Below, piece after piece: positions 9,479 through 18,165 of a stretch of DNA of 22,642 nt. Origin of the DNA: a bacterium (GTDB lineage: Bacteria > Sysuimicrobiota > Sysuimicrobiia > Sysuimicrobiales > Kaftiobacteriaceae); NCBI GenBank assembly GCA_044868695.1, contig JBIOWP010000052.1, forward strand, positions 1-22,642. The letters are read 5' to 3'. The position numbers and the translations under genes are program-made. A model generated the notes under the pieces. It saw nothing but the letters and a program-made list of their open reading frames with translations, was not told where the DNA came from and did not search any database. The stretch's first letter is position 1. Every line of letters starts with the position of its first letter.

Positions 9479-10727
9479 CGCGCTGCGGATCGCCGACCTG
9501 CGCCGCCGCGTGCTCTTTACGGCGGCGATGCTGGTATTGTACCGCCTGGGCGCGCACCTCCCGGTCCCCGGCGTGAACGTAGAGGCGCTGGAACGGCTGT
9601 TCCGGCAGCAGGGCAGCGTCTTCAACTTCCTGGACCTGTTCGTCGGCGGCGCGTTCAGCCGGTTCGCCATCTTCGCGCTGGGCGTCTTCCCCTACATCAC
9701 GGCGTCCATCATCATGAGCCTGCTGCAGGTCGTTTTCCCGCAGCTGAAAGAGCTGGCGCAGGAAGAGGGCGAGGCCGGCCGGCGCAAGATCGGGATGTAT
9801 ACCCGCTACCTCACGGTCGCGCTGGCGATCCTGCAGGCCATCGGGCAGACGGCGCTGATCCGTAACCTGGGCGCGCTGCCGGATACTCGGCCGTTGACGT
9901 TGGGGATGATCGTCATCACCCTGACGGCCGGCACGATGCTGTTGACCTGGCTGGGCGAGATCATGACCGAGTACGGCGTCGGCAACGGCGTCTCGCTGCT
10001 CATCTTCGGCGGCATCGTGGCGCGGCTGCCCAACCAGACGGCGCAGACGCTGCGGCTGATCGGGGTCGGCGAGGTGAAGGTGTGGCAGTTCCTTCTGGAC
10101 CTGCTGGTCGTGCTGCTCAGTATCGTGGCGGTCGTGCTGATCACGCAGGCGATGCGGAAGATCCCGGTGCAATACGCCAAGCGGGTCGTGGGCCGGCGCG
10201 TCTACGGCGGCCAGAGCACCCACCTGCCGCTGCGGCTGATCCAGGCCGGGGTCATTCCGATCATCTTCGCAGTCTCGGTGCTGCAGTTTCCTGGGACAAT
10301 TGCGCAATTCGTACAGTATGAGCCGATCCGCCGCATCGGGGAGCTGATCCTGCCGGGACAGCCCTGGGGTAATGCGCTGTACTTTATCCTGATTATCTTG
10401 TTCACGTACTTCTATACAGCGGTCAGCTTCGATCCCAACGACGTCTCGGAGAACATCAAGAAGTACGGCGGGTTCATTCCGGGGATCCGGCCCGGCAAGC
10501 CAACCAGCGAGTACCTGACCCGCGTCGTGGACCGGCTGACGTTCGTCGGCGCTCTGGTTCTGGCGGTCATCGCGGTGGTCCCCACCTATCTGGCGCGCAG
10601 CACGGGCGTGCTGACGTTCTACCTGGCGGGAACGTCCCTGCTGATCGTCGTCGGGGTCGCGTTAGAGACGATGAAGCAGATCGAGGCGTACGTCCTGATG
10701 CGGCACTACGAAGGTTTCATGAGGTAG
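9459..10727 (+). CDS. secY: Preprotein translocase subunit SecY
   Basis: Multi-TM protein; IFALGVFPYITASII, GVGNGVSLLIF, GGFIPGIRPG, GTSLLIVVGV. Confidence 0.98.
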   Translation: MLAGLINALRIADLRRRVLFTAAMLVLYRLGAHLPVPGVNVEALERLFRQQGSVFNFLDLFVGGAFSRFAIFALGVFPYITASIIMSLLQVVFPQLKELAQEEGEAGRRKIGMYTRYLTVALAILQAIGQTALIRNLGALPDTRPLTLGMIVITLTAGTMLLTWLGEIMTEYGVGNGVSLLIFGGIVARLPNQTAQTLRLIGVGEVKVWQFLLDLLVVLLSIVAVVLITQAMRKIPVQYAKRVVGRRVYGGQSTHLPLRLIQAGVIPIIFAVSVLQFPGTIAQFVQYEPIRRIGELILPGQPWGNALYFILIILFTYFYTAVSFDPNDVSENIKKYGGFIPGIRPGKPTSEYLTRVVDRLTFVGALVLAVIAVVPTYLARSTGVLTFYLAGTSLLIVVGVALETMKQIEAYVLMRHYEGFMR

Positions 10728-10734
10728 TGCCGGG

Positions 10735-11391
10735 ATGAATGTGATCTTCCTCGGGCCGCCGGGGGCCGGGAAGGGGACCCAGGCCCAACTGCTGCAGCAG
10801 CGCGAGGGGATCCCGCAGATCAGCACCGGCGACATCCTGCGCGCCGCGATGGCGGCGCAGACTCCGCTCGGGCTGCAGGCGAAGGTGTACGTCGACCGGG
10901 GCGATCTGGTCCCCGACGACGTGATGATTGAGATCGTGAAGGAGCGGGTGGACCAGCCTGATGCGCGGCGCGGATTTGTGCTCGACGGCTTTCCCCGGAC
11001 CCTGGGGCAGGCCCGCGCCCTCGACCGGATGCTGGCCGGCGCGGGACGGCGCATCGACGTCGTAGTGTATTTTGACATCCCGGATGACGTGATCGTCCGC
11101 CGGCTGACGGGGCGGCGGGTGTGCCGGCAGGCCGCGCACATCTACCACGTCGAGTTCAGCCCGCCGAACGCGGCCGGGCGGTGCGACGTCGACGGGAGTG
11201 AGCTGTTTCAGCGCGACGACGACCGGGAGGATACCGTGCGGCGGCGCCTGCAGGTGTACCATCAGCAGACTGAGCCGCTGGTGGAGTTCTACCGGCGCCG
11301 CGGGGTGTTTGAGGCGGTCCGGGACGAGGAGATCGAATCTGTGTACCGGCAGTTGCTGGAGATTCTGAAGACACGGGCGGAGCCGCGGTAG
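10735..11391 (+). CDS. adk: Adenylate kinase (long LID)
   Basis: GPPGAGKGTQ, ISTGDILR, GFVLDGFPRT, QRDDDREDT. Confidence 0.98.
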   Translation: MNVIFLGPPGAGKGTQAQLLQQREGIPQISTGDILRAAMAAQTPLGLQAKVYVDRGDLVPDDVMIEIVKERVDQPDARRGFVLDGFPRTLGQARALDRMLAGAGRRIDVVVYFDIPDDVIVRRLTGRRVCRQAAHIYHVEFSPPNAAGRCDVDGSELFQRDDDREDTVRRRLQVYHQQTEPLVEFYRRRGVFEAVRDEEIESVYRQLLEILKTRAEPR

Positions 11392-11395
11392 CGCG

Positions 11396-12172
11396 ATGGC
11401 GCGAACGTCGTTGATTGTCGTCAAATCTGCGGCCGAGATCGACCGGATGCGGCGTGCCGGCGTCCTGGCCGCGGAGGCGCTGCGCGAGGTGATCGGGGCG
11501 ATCCGCCCAGGAGTCACGGGCGTCCGCCTGGATGCCATCGCCGAACGGTACATCCGCGCGCGCGGCGGCGTGCCCTCATTCAAGGGGTACCGTGACTTCC
11601 CGGCGAGCATCTGCGTGTCGGTGGACGACGAGGTGGTCCACGGGATCCCCGACGGCCGCCGGCTGCCCAAGGGCTCCCTGGTATCGGTCGACCTGGGCGC
11701 GGAAGTGGATGGGTTTCACGGTGACATCGCGGTCACCGTCCCGGTCGGGGCCGTGGATCCCGAGCGACGCCGGCTGGTGGAGGTGACGCGCGAGAGCCTG
11801 TACCGGGCCGTCGGCGCGATCCGGCCCGGCGCCCGGCTGGGGGACGTCGGCGCCGCGGTGCAGCGATACGTCGAGGAGGCGGGGTTCTCGGTTGTCCGGG
11901 ATTTCGCCGGACACGGCATCGGCAGGGCGCTGCACGAGGAGCCGCAGGTGCCCAACTTCGGCGATCCGGGCTCCGGGGTGCTCCTGCGCGAGGGGATGAC
12001 GCTCGCGATCGAACCGATGGTAAACCTCGGGACCTCCGACGTGGTAATGGACGACGACGGATGGACGATCAGGACGAGGGACGGCAAGCCGTCGGCACAC
12101 TTTGAGCACACAGTGGCCGTCACGCGGGAGGGTGCCCTGGTCCTGACCGCCATCCCCAATGGTGTTGTTTAG
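11396..12172 (+). CDS. map: Methionine aminopeptidase type I
   Basis: FPASICVSVDDEVVHGIP, GHGIG, HEEPQVPN, AIEPM, SAHFEHT. Confidence 0.97.
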   Translation: MARTSLIVVKSAAEIDRMRRAGVLAAEALREVIGAIRPGVTGVRLDAIAERYIRARGGVPSFKGYRDFPASICVSVDDEVVHGIPDGRRLPKGSLVSVDLGAEVDGFHGDIAVTVPVGAVDPERRRLVEVTRESLYRAVGAIRPGARLGDVGAAVQRYVEEAGFSVVRDFAGHGIGRALHEEPQVPNFGDPGSGVLLREGMTLAIEPMVNLGTSDVVMDDDGWTIRTRDGKPSAHFEHTVAVTREGALVLTAIPNGVV

Positions 12173-12197
12173 CCCGGGGGGCGGCGGGGTGGCGCGA

Positions 12198-12226
12198 TGG
12201 ACGGGGGCGCTCCCGCGCCGTATAAT
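12198..12226 (+). promoter_or_regulatory. Putative sigma70-type internal promoter upstream of infA
   Basis: TGGACG (12198-12203), 17-nt spacer, perfect TATAAT (12221-12226), inside a very GC-rich intergenic gap. Confidence 0.7.
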
Positions 12227-12239
12227 CTGGGAGGTTTGA

Positions 12240-12458
12240 ATGCCGAGGAAGGATGCGATTGAGGTCGAGGGGCAGGTCGTCCAGGTGCTGCCCAACGCGA
12301 TGTTCCGGGTGGAGCTGAGCAGCGGTCATCGCGTGCTGGCGCACATCTCGGGCAAGATGCGGATCAACTTTATTCGGATCCTCCCAGGCGACCGCGTGAA
12401 GGTGGAGCTCTCAGCCTACGATCCAACGCGCGGACGCATTACGTACCGATACAGATAG
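12240..12458 (+). CDS. infA: Translation initiation factor IF-1
   Basis: [42 protein letters not shown]. Confidence 0.98.
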   Translation: MPRKDAIEVEGQVVQVLPNAMFRVELSSGHRVLAHISGKMRINFIRILPGDRVKVELSAYDPTRGRITYRYR

Positions 12459-12497
12459 GGACGGGAACAAGGGAACGGAGAGAGGCTGTGTCTGAGT

Positions 12498-12611
12498 ATG
12501 AAAGTACGGGCGTCAGTCAAGCGGATCTGTGAGAAGTGCAAGGTCATCAAGCGCGGGCGGCGAGTGTACATCATTTGCGAGAACCCGAAGCACAAGCAGA
12601 AACAAGGATAA
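12498..12611 (+). CDS. rpmJ: 50S ribosomal protein L36 (zinc type; not in ORF track)
   Basis: Hand translation gives [37 protein letters not shown], 37 aa. Confidence 0.97.
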   Translation: MKVRASVKRICEKCKVIKRGRRVYIICENPKHKQKQG

Positions 12612-12626
12612 CCAGAGGAGAAAAGG

Positions 12627-13010
12627 ATGGCACGCATCGCGGGTGTTGACCTACCACGGGACAAGCGGGTGGAAGTGGCGCTGACCTACATCTTCGGGGT
12701 CGGGCTGAGCCGGGCGCGCCAGGCGCTGACCGCTTCCGGGGTCAGTCCCGACACGCGGGTGCGCAACCTCACCGAAGAAGAGGTGACGCGGCTGCGTGAC
12801 TTCATCGACCGCAACTACAAGGTCGAGGGGGATCTCCGGCGCGATATCGCGATGGACATCCGGCGGCTGGTCGAGATCGGTTCGTACCGCGGGCTGCGGC
12901 ACAAGAAGAACCTTCCGGTGCGGGGGCAGCGTACGCGGACCAACGCGCGCACCCGGAAGGGTCCAAAGAAGACGGTGGGATCCGGCAAGCGCCGGATGGA
13001 TAAGAAATAG
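12627..13010 (+). CDS. rpsM: 30S ribosomal protein S13
   Basis: [42 protein letters not shown]. Confidence 0.98.
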   Translation: MARIAGVDLPRDKRVEVALTYIFGVGLSRARQALTASGVSPDTRVRNLTEEEVTRLRDFIDRNYKVEGDLRRDIAMDIRRLVEIGSYRGLRHKKNLPVRGQRTRTNARTRKGPKKTVGSGKRRMDKK

Positions 13011-13037
13011 CAGTCGACATCGAAGCGGGAGAGACGA

Positions 13038-13421
13038 ATGGCAACGGGGAGAGGACGCAAGAAGGAGCGACGGAGTGTGCCTATGGCGGTGGCGCACATT
13101 CAGTCGACGTTCAACAATACGATTGTGACGATCACCGACCAGCAGGGCAACGTGCTAGCCTGGTCCAGCGCCGGCGCCACGGGATTCAAGGGGTCCCGCA
13201 AGGGCACGCCCTTTGCGGCGGGGCTGGCCGCGGAGGCCGCCGCCCGCAAGGCCATGGAACACGGTGTCAAGACGGTCGAGGTATTCGTCAAGGGCCCGGG
13301 CGCAGGGCGCGAGGCGGCCATCCGGTCGCTGCAGGCCGCGGGGTTGGAGGTCAACCTGATCCGGGATGTGACGCCGATCCCGCACAACGGCTGCAGGCCG
13401 CCGAAGCGGAGGAGAGTGTAG
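13038..13421 (+). CDS. rpsK: 30S ribosomal protein S11
   Basis: [43 protein letters not shown]. Confidence 0.98.
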   Translation: MATGRGRKKERRSVPMAVAHIQSTFNNTIVTITDQQGNVLAWSSAGATGFKGSRKGTPFAAGLAAEAAARKAMEHGVKTVEVFVKGPGAGREAAIRSLQAAGLEVNLIRDVTPIPHNGCRPPKRRRV

Positions 13422-14045
13422 ATGGCCCGCTACGCCGGTCCGGTCTGCCGATTGTGCCGCAGGGAGGGCATGAAGCTCTATCTCAAGGGCGAGAAGTGCT
13501 ACACGGAGAAGTGCCCGGTCCACAAGCGCCCCGTGCCGCCGGGGATGCACGCCCAGAGCCGGCGCAAGATGTCGGAGTTCGGCGTGCGGCTGCGGGAGAA
13601 GCAGAAGCTGCGCCGCATCTACGGAGTGTTGGAGACGCAGTTCAAGACCTACTTCCAGCAGGCGGCGAAGGTCAAGGGGGTCACCGGCGTGCGGCTGCTG
13701 CAGTTGCTGGAATCGCGGCTGGACAACGTCGTGTACCGGCTGGGCTTCGCCACGTCGCGCAAGGAGGCCCGGCAGATGGTGCTGCACGGCCACGTGGCCG
13801 TGAACACCCACAAGGTCACGATTCCGTCGTTCCAGGTGAAACCGGGACAGGTGATTGCGCCGACGGTGCGGGGTCGGGAGCATCCACGGGTCAAGGAACT
13901 CGCCCAGACCGGCCTGCGCACCCTGCCGAGCTGGTTGGAGTTCAATTCCAGCACCCTGGAGGGCCGCGTGGTGGCGCTGCCGGCCCGCGAAGAGATCGAC
14001 GTGCCCGTCTCAGAACAACTCATCGTCGAGTACTACTCGAGATAG
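13422..14045 (+). CDS. rpsD: 30S ribosomal protein S4 (zinc-ribbon type)
   Basis: MARYAGPVCRLCRREG...CYTEKC, LREKQK, LESRLDNVVYRLG, LIVEYYSR. Confidence 0.98.
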   Translation: MARYAGPVCRLCRREGMKLYLKGEKCYTEKCPVHKRPVPPGMHAQSRRKMSEFGVRLREKQKLRRIYGVLETQFKTYFQQAAKVKGVTGVRLLQLLESRLDNVVYRLGFATSRKEARQMVLHGHVAVNTHKVTIPSFQVKPGQVIAPTVRGREHPRVKELAQTGLRTLPSWLEFNSSTLEGRVVALPAREEIDVPVSEQLIVEYYSR

Positions 14046-14048
14046 GGA

Positions 14049-14124
14049 AATCTATTGAATCTATTGGATCTATTGAATCTGTTGGATCCGATAGATTCGA
14101 AGATTCAATAGATCCGAAGATTCA
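14049..14124. repeat. Inverted pair of 9/8-nt tandem arrays centred on GGATCC
   Basis: AATCTATTG AATCTATTG GATCTATTG AATCTGTTG GATC | CGATAGATT CGAAGATT CAATAGATC CGAAGATT CA. Confidence 0.85.
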
Positions 14125-14146
14125 CTATTCTTTAGGAGGTTTGTGG

Positions 14147-15103
14147 ATGAGCATTGCCACGATTTGGGAAGCGCCGAAGACGAAGATTGAGTACGCCGAG
14201 CTGTCAGAGACATACGGGAAGTTTCTCGTTGAGCCGCTGGAGCGGGGCTTCGGCGTCACGCTCGGGAATGCGCTGCGCCGGGTGCTGCTGGCGGCCATCC
14301 CGGGCGCGGCCATCACCTCCGTGAAGATGGAGGGCGTCCTGCACGAGTTCGCCACGATGACCGGTGTCGTGGAGGACGTGACCCAGGTCATCCTCAACCT
14401 GAAAGAGCTGACGCTGCGGCTGCACACGGACAAGCCCAAGCTGCTGCGCATGGACGTCAAGGGGAAGAAGGAAGTCACCGCCGCCGACATCCAGCAGGAC
14501 GCGGAGGTTGACGTGCTCAACCCCGAGCTCCACATTGCCACGCTCGACCGCAAGGATTCGCACTTGGCGATGGAGCTGGTCGTGGAGCGCGGCAAGGGCT
14601 ATGTGCCGGCCGAACGGCACCGGAAGAGTGAGCACGTCATCGGGGTGATCCCGGTCGACTCCATCTTCACCCCGATCCAGAAGGTGAACTACGTCGTCGA
14701 GGACGCCCGCGCGGGGCAGGCCGAGGCCGACCGCCTGGTGCTGGAGGTGTGGACCGACGGGTCGGTCCGCCCGGAGGAGGCGGTGCAGGAGGCCGCCCGC
14801 ATCCTGATCGACCAGTTCAAGCTGTTCGCCGGGATGGGCCAGGAGGGCGAGGCCGCGGCCGGAATGGAACAGGGCGCCGAAGCGCAGATGGGCAAGCTGT
14901 CCGCGATGCCCATCGAAGAACTGGACCTGTCGGTGCGGCCGTACAACTGTCTCAAGCGCGCCGGCATCAACACCGTCGGCGATCTGATCCAGCGCACCGA
15001 GGAAGAGATCGTGAGCGTCAAGAACTTTGGCCGTAAATCCCTGGACGAGGTGCGCGACAAACTCACCGCCCTCGGCCTCTCGCTGAAGAAGAAGGAAGGA
15101 TAG
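14147..15103 (+). CDS. rpoA: DNA-directed RNA polymerase subunit alpha
   Basis: SD AGGAGGT 14134-14140; EPLERGFGVTLGNALRRVLL, GVLHEF, IPVDSIFTP, LDLSVRPYNCLKRAGI, NFGRKSL. Confidence 0.98.
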   Translation: MSIATIWEAPKTKIEYAELSETYGKFLVEPLERGFGVTLGNALRRVLLAAIPGAAITSVKMEGVLHEFATMTGVVEDVTQVILNLKELTLRLHTDKPKLLRMDVKGKKEVTAADIQQDAEVDVLNPELHIATLDRKDSHLAMELVVERGKGYVPAERHRKSEHVIGVIPVDSIFTPIQKVNYVVEDARAGQAEADRLVLEVWTDGSVRPEEAVQEAARILIDQFKLFAGMGQEGEAAAGMEQGAEAQMGKLSAMPIEELDLSVRPYNCLKRAGINTVGDLIQRTEEEIVSVKNFGRKSLDEVRDKLTALGLSLKKKEG

Positions 15104-15107
15104 GCGC

Positions 15108-15458
15108 GTGCTCGGGGCCGTCACCCGCAAGCTCAACCGCGACACCGGCGAGCGCAAGGCGCTGTACCGCGACCTGGTCAGCGCGCTCTTCATGCACGGG
15201 CGCATCGAAACGACTGTCCCGCGGGCGAAGGAGACCAAGAAGATTGCCGACGGGCTGGTCGACCTCGCCCTGCGCGGCGACATCCAGGCCCGGCGGCAGG
15301 TCAGCCGGCTCCTGACCGACAAGCGGGTCGTCCGCCGGCTGTTCGCGGAGGTGGCCCCCAAGTTTCAGAAGGGCCGCGGAGGCTACACCCGGGTGGTCCG
15401 GACTCGCCTCCGCCGGGGCGACGCCACGGAGATGGCGATCATCGAATTACTGACGTAA
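15108..15458 (+). CDS. rplQ: 50S ribosomal protein L17
   Basis: GTG start; RKLNR, GRIETTVPRAKE, GGYTRVV, RRGDATEMAIIEL. Confidence 0.95.
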   Translation: MLGAVTRKLNRDTGERKALYRDLVSALFMHGRIETTVPRAKETKKIADGLVDLALRGDIQARRQVSRLLTDKRVVRRLFAEVAPKFQKGRGGYTRVVRTRLRRGDATEMAIIELLT

Positions 15459-15462
15459 CTCG

Positions 15463-15600
15463 AACCGACACAACCCACACAACCTGCACAATCTACACAA
15501 TGGGGCCGATCGGGAAACCCTGCCTGGCCTGGGGCAGGGCTTTTTCGCAGGTGATTGTGTAGGTTGTGTAGGTTGAGCAGATTGAGTAGATTGTGTAGGT
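15463..15600. repeat. Inverted 9-nt tandem arrays flanking a terminator
   Basis: AACCGACAC AACCCACAC AACCTGCAC AATCTACAC AAT (15463-15501) and GATTGTGTA GGTTGTGTA GGTTGAGCA GATTGAGTA GATTGTGTA GGT (15553-15600). Confidence 0.87.
15518..15545 (+). terminator. Putative intrinsic terminator after rplQ
   Basis: Stem CCCTGCC (15518-15524) / GGCAGGG (15533-15539) followed by CTTTTT. Confidence 0.7.
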
Positions 15601-15604
15601 GACG

Positions 15605-16480
15605 ATGCCGCCGCTCATCGAGGTTCGAGATCTTCGCTACGTCTACCGGCCCGGCTCTGCCGACGCGGTCGTCGCAGTGGACGGCATCACCCTCACGATC
15701 GAACCTGGCGAATTCGTCGCGATCGTGGGCGGGAACGGCTCCGGAAAGTCCACCCTCGCCAAGCACCTGAACGCCCTGCTGCTTCCCACCGAGGGGGAGG
15801 TCTGGGTAGACGGCATGAACACCCGCGATCGCGCTGCGGTCTGGGAGGTCCGCCGGCGGGTCGGGATGGTCTTTCAGAACCCCGACAACCAGCTCGTGGC
15901 GACCGTCGTGGAAGAAGACGTCGCGTTCGGCCCGGAGAACCTCGGGCTGCCTCCGGAGGAGATCGCCGCGCGGGTGGAGGACGCGCTCCGGGCGGTGGAG
16001 ATGCGCGACTACCGCCGGCACGAACCGCACTTGCTGTCCGGAGGTCAGAAGCAGCGTGTGGCCATCGCCGGCATCCTGGCGATGCGGCCCCGGTGCCTGG
16101 TGCTCGATGAAGCCACGACCATGCTGGATCCCCAGGGGCAGCGGGAGGTCATGGAGACGATCACGCGTCTCAACCGTGACGGTGTGACCGTGATTCATAT
16201 CACCCATGCCATGGAGGAAGCAGCGCAGTGCCGGCGCGTGATCGTCCTGGCGGGGGGCCGCGTGGCGATGGACGGCGTACCCGCCGCCGTCTTCTCACGG
16301 GTCGACGAACTCGAGCGGCTGCGCCTGGTGCTCCCGCCGGTTCCCGCGCTTGCCCACCGCCTGCGGCGCGACGGCGTCCCGCTTCCGGAGCAGATTCTCA
16401 CCGCCGATGAGTTTGCCGACGCCGTGGCGGGCCTCGCGGCGCGCGCCGGCACGGGGAGGGTGGGCGATGGCGCTGATTGA
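15605..16480 (+). CDS. ecfA1: ECF transporter ATPase A1
   Basis: GGNGSGKST, GMVFQNPDNQLV, LSGGQKQRVAIAG, VLDEAT; position after rplQ; start is ATG 15605 or GTG 15599. Confidence 0.93.
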   Translation: MPPLIEVRDLRYVYRPGSADAVVAVDGITLTIEPGEFVAIVGGNGSGKSTLAKHLNALLLPTEGEVWVDGMNTRDRAAVWEVRRRVGMVFQNPDNQLVATVVEEDVAFGPENLGLPPEEIAARVEDALRAVEMRDYRRHEPHLLSGGQKQRVAIAGILAMRPRCLVLDEATTMLDPQGQREVMETITRLNRDGVTVIHITHAMEEAAQCRRVIVLAGGRVAMDGVPAAVFSRVDELERLRLVLPPVPALAHRLRRDGVPLPEQILTADEFADAVAGLAARAGTGRVGDGAD

Positions 16481-17324
16481 GTGCGTCGGCCTCACCCACA
16501 TCTACCTGAAGGACACTCCCATGCAGACGGTCGCCCTGCGGGATGTGACGCTGTCGATTGACGCCGGGGAGTTCGTGGGAATTATCGGACCGACCGGGTC
16601 GGGGAAGTCCACGCTGATTCAGCACTTCAATGCGCTGCTGCGGCCGTCGGGCGGCACCATCCGGGTGGCGGGGATCGACCTCGCCGACCCCAAGGCAGAC
16701 CGCAAGAGCGTCCGCCGTCAGGTCGGCCTCGTGTTCCAGTATCCGGAGCACCAGCTGTTCGAAGAGACGGTGTTCGAGGACGTCGCGTTCGGTCCGCGGA
16801 ACCTCGGTCTGGACGAAGACGACGTCCGCGACCGCGTGGTCGAGGCGCTCCGCTTGGTCGGCGTGGACCCCGACCGGTTCGGGCGCCGTTCCCCATTCTC
16901 CCTCTCGGGCGGGGAGATGCGCCGCGTCGCGATCGCGGGCGTCCTGGCGATGCGCCCCCAGGTGCTCGTGCTCGATGAGCCGGCGGCCGGATTGGATCCC
17001 AGGGGCAAACTGGAGATTCTGGGGAGGATCCACGCCCTGCATCGCGAGCGCGGCCTCACGGTCGTCCTGATCACGCACAGCATGGACGAAGCCGCCCAGC
17101 TGACCAAGCGCCTGGTCGTGCTGGCACGCGGGCAGATCGCGATGGACGGGCCGGCGCGGGACATTTTCCAGCGGTCCGGCGAGCTGATCGCGTTGGGATT
17201 GGGAGTCCCGGCCATTGCGGACGCCCTGGGGCGCCTGCGGCAGCGGGGCGTGGCCGTGCGGCCCGGCGCGTTGACGGTGGAAGAAGCTCACGCGGCGGTG
17301 AAAGAGGCCCTCCGATGGAACTGA
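16467..17324 (+). CDS. ecfA2: ECF transporter ATPase A2
   Basis: ATG 16467 after a GGGAGGG SD; GPTGSGKST, VFQYPEHQLFEETV, SPFSLSGGEMRRVAIAG. Confidence 0.93.
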   Translation: MALIECVGLTHIYLKDTPMQTVALRDVTLSIDAGEFVGIIGPTGSGKSTLIQHFNALLRPSGGTIRVAGIDLADPKADRKSVRRQVGLVFQYPEHQLFEETVFEDVAFGPRNLGLDEDDVRDRVVEALRLVGVDPDRFGRRSPFSLSGGEMRRVAIAGVLAMRPQVLVLDEPAAGLDPRGKLEILGRIHALHRERGLTVVLITHSMDEAAQLTKRLVVLARGQIAMDGPARDIFQRSGELIALGLGVPAIADALGRLRQRGVAVRPGALTVEEAHAAVKEALRWN

Positions 17325-18145
17325 CCCGCTACGTGACCATCGGCCAGTATATCCCCCGCGAGTCCCCGGTTCACCATCTCGATCCCCGCACGAAGATCGC
17401 CGCGGTGACGGTCCTGACCGTCGCGATCTTCGTCGTGCGAGACTTTGGAGGATATGGACTCCTGACGCTGTTCTTGCTCGGCGTGGTGCTGCTCTCCAGG
17501 ATTCCCGTCGGCTACCTGCTGCGCGGCCTGCGGCCTGTGCTGTTTCTGCTCCTGCTGACCGTGGTCCTCAACGTGTTCTTCAGCGGGATCAGTGAGGGGA
17601 CGGTTGTCTTCAGGCTCGGGCCGCTGGTCGCGACCCGGGAGGGAATCTTCCGGGCGCTGTTCATCGGGTACCGGCTCGTCGCACTGGTGCTGACGACGTC
17701 ACTGTTGACGTTTACGACCTCGCCGGTGGAGCTGACCGACGGGATCGAGCGGATCCTCCGGCCATTGCGGCGGCTCGGGGTGCCGGCCCACGAACTGGCC
17801 ATGATGATGACTATCGCGCTGCGCTTCATCCCGACACTGCTCGAGGAAACGGAAAAGATCATGAAAGCGCAGATGGCGCGGGGCGCTGAGTTCGAGCGGG
17901 GCAACATCTTGCGGCGCGCCCGCGCGCTCGTCCCGGTGTTGGTGCCGTTGTTCGTGAGCGCCTTCCGGCGGGCCGACGAGCTGGCGCTGGCGATGGAGGC
18001 GCGCTGCTACCGTGGGGGAGAGCACCGCACCCGGATGAAGCAGCTGCGTTTTGCCGCGCGGGACGCCATCGCGGTGGCCGTCACAATCGCCGCATCAGTG
18101 GTGTTTGCCGTGCCTTTTGCGGTATGGAATCACCTCTTTCGATAG
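17315..18145 (+). CDS. ecfT: ECF transporter transmembrane T component
   Basis: HHLDPRTK, IALRFIPTL, two ARG-type motifs (AQMARG, AMEARCY). Confidence 0.94.
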   Translation: MELTRYVTIGQYIPRESPVHHLDPRTKIAAVTVLTVAIFVVRDFGGYGLLTLFLLGVVLLSRIPVGYLLRGLRPVLFLLLLTVVLNVFFSGISEGTVVFRLGPLVATREGIFRALFIGYRLVALVLTTSLLTFTTSPVELTDGIERILRPLRRLGVPAHELAMMMTIALRFIPTLLEETEKIMKAQMARGAEFERGNILRRARALVPVLVPLFVSAFRRADELALAMEARCYRGGEHRTRMKQLRFAARDAIAVAVTIAASVVFAVPFAVWNHLFR

Positions 18146-18165
18146 GGTGACCTCGTCCCCGGCCG

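Noticed and set aside
13454..14146. 231-aa N-terminal extension of RpoA in the ORF track
   Set aside because: It overlaps rpsD out of frame and runs through the repeat array; a strong SD precedes ATG 14147
15108..15130. L17 lacking the usual MRH N-terminus as a truncation
   Set aside because: Length before RKLNR is normal, the GTG has an SD-like AAGGAAGGA, and there is no room upstream; this is simple divergence
14049..15600. Repeat arrays as CRISPR
   Set aside because: Units are 7-9 nt and contiguous, with no unique spacers and no cas genes
15605..18145. ECF module without an S component as a novelty
   Set aside because: Normal for shared (group II) EcfAA'T modules located after rplQ
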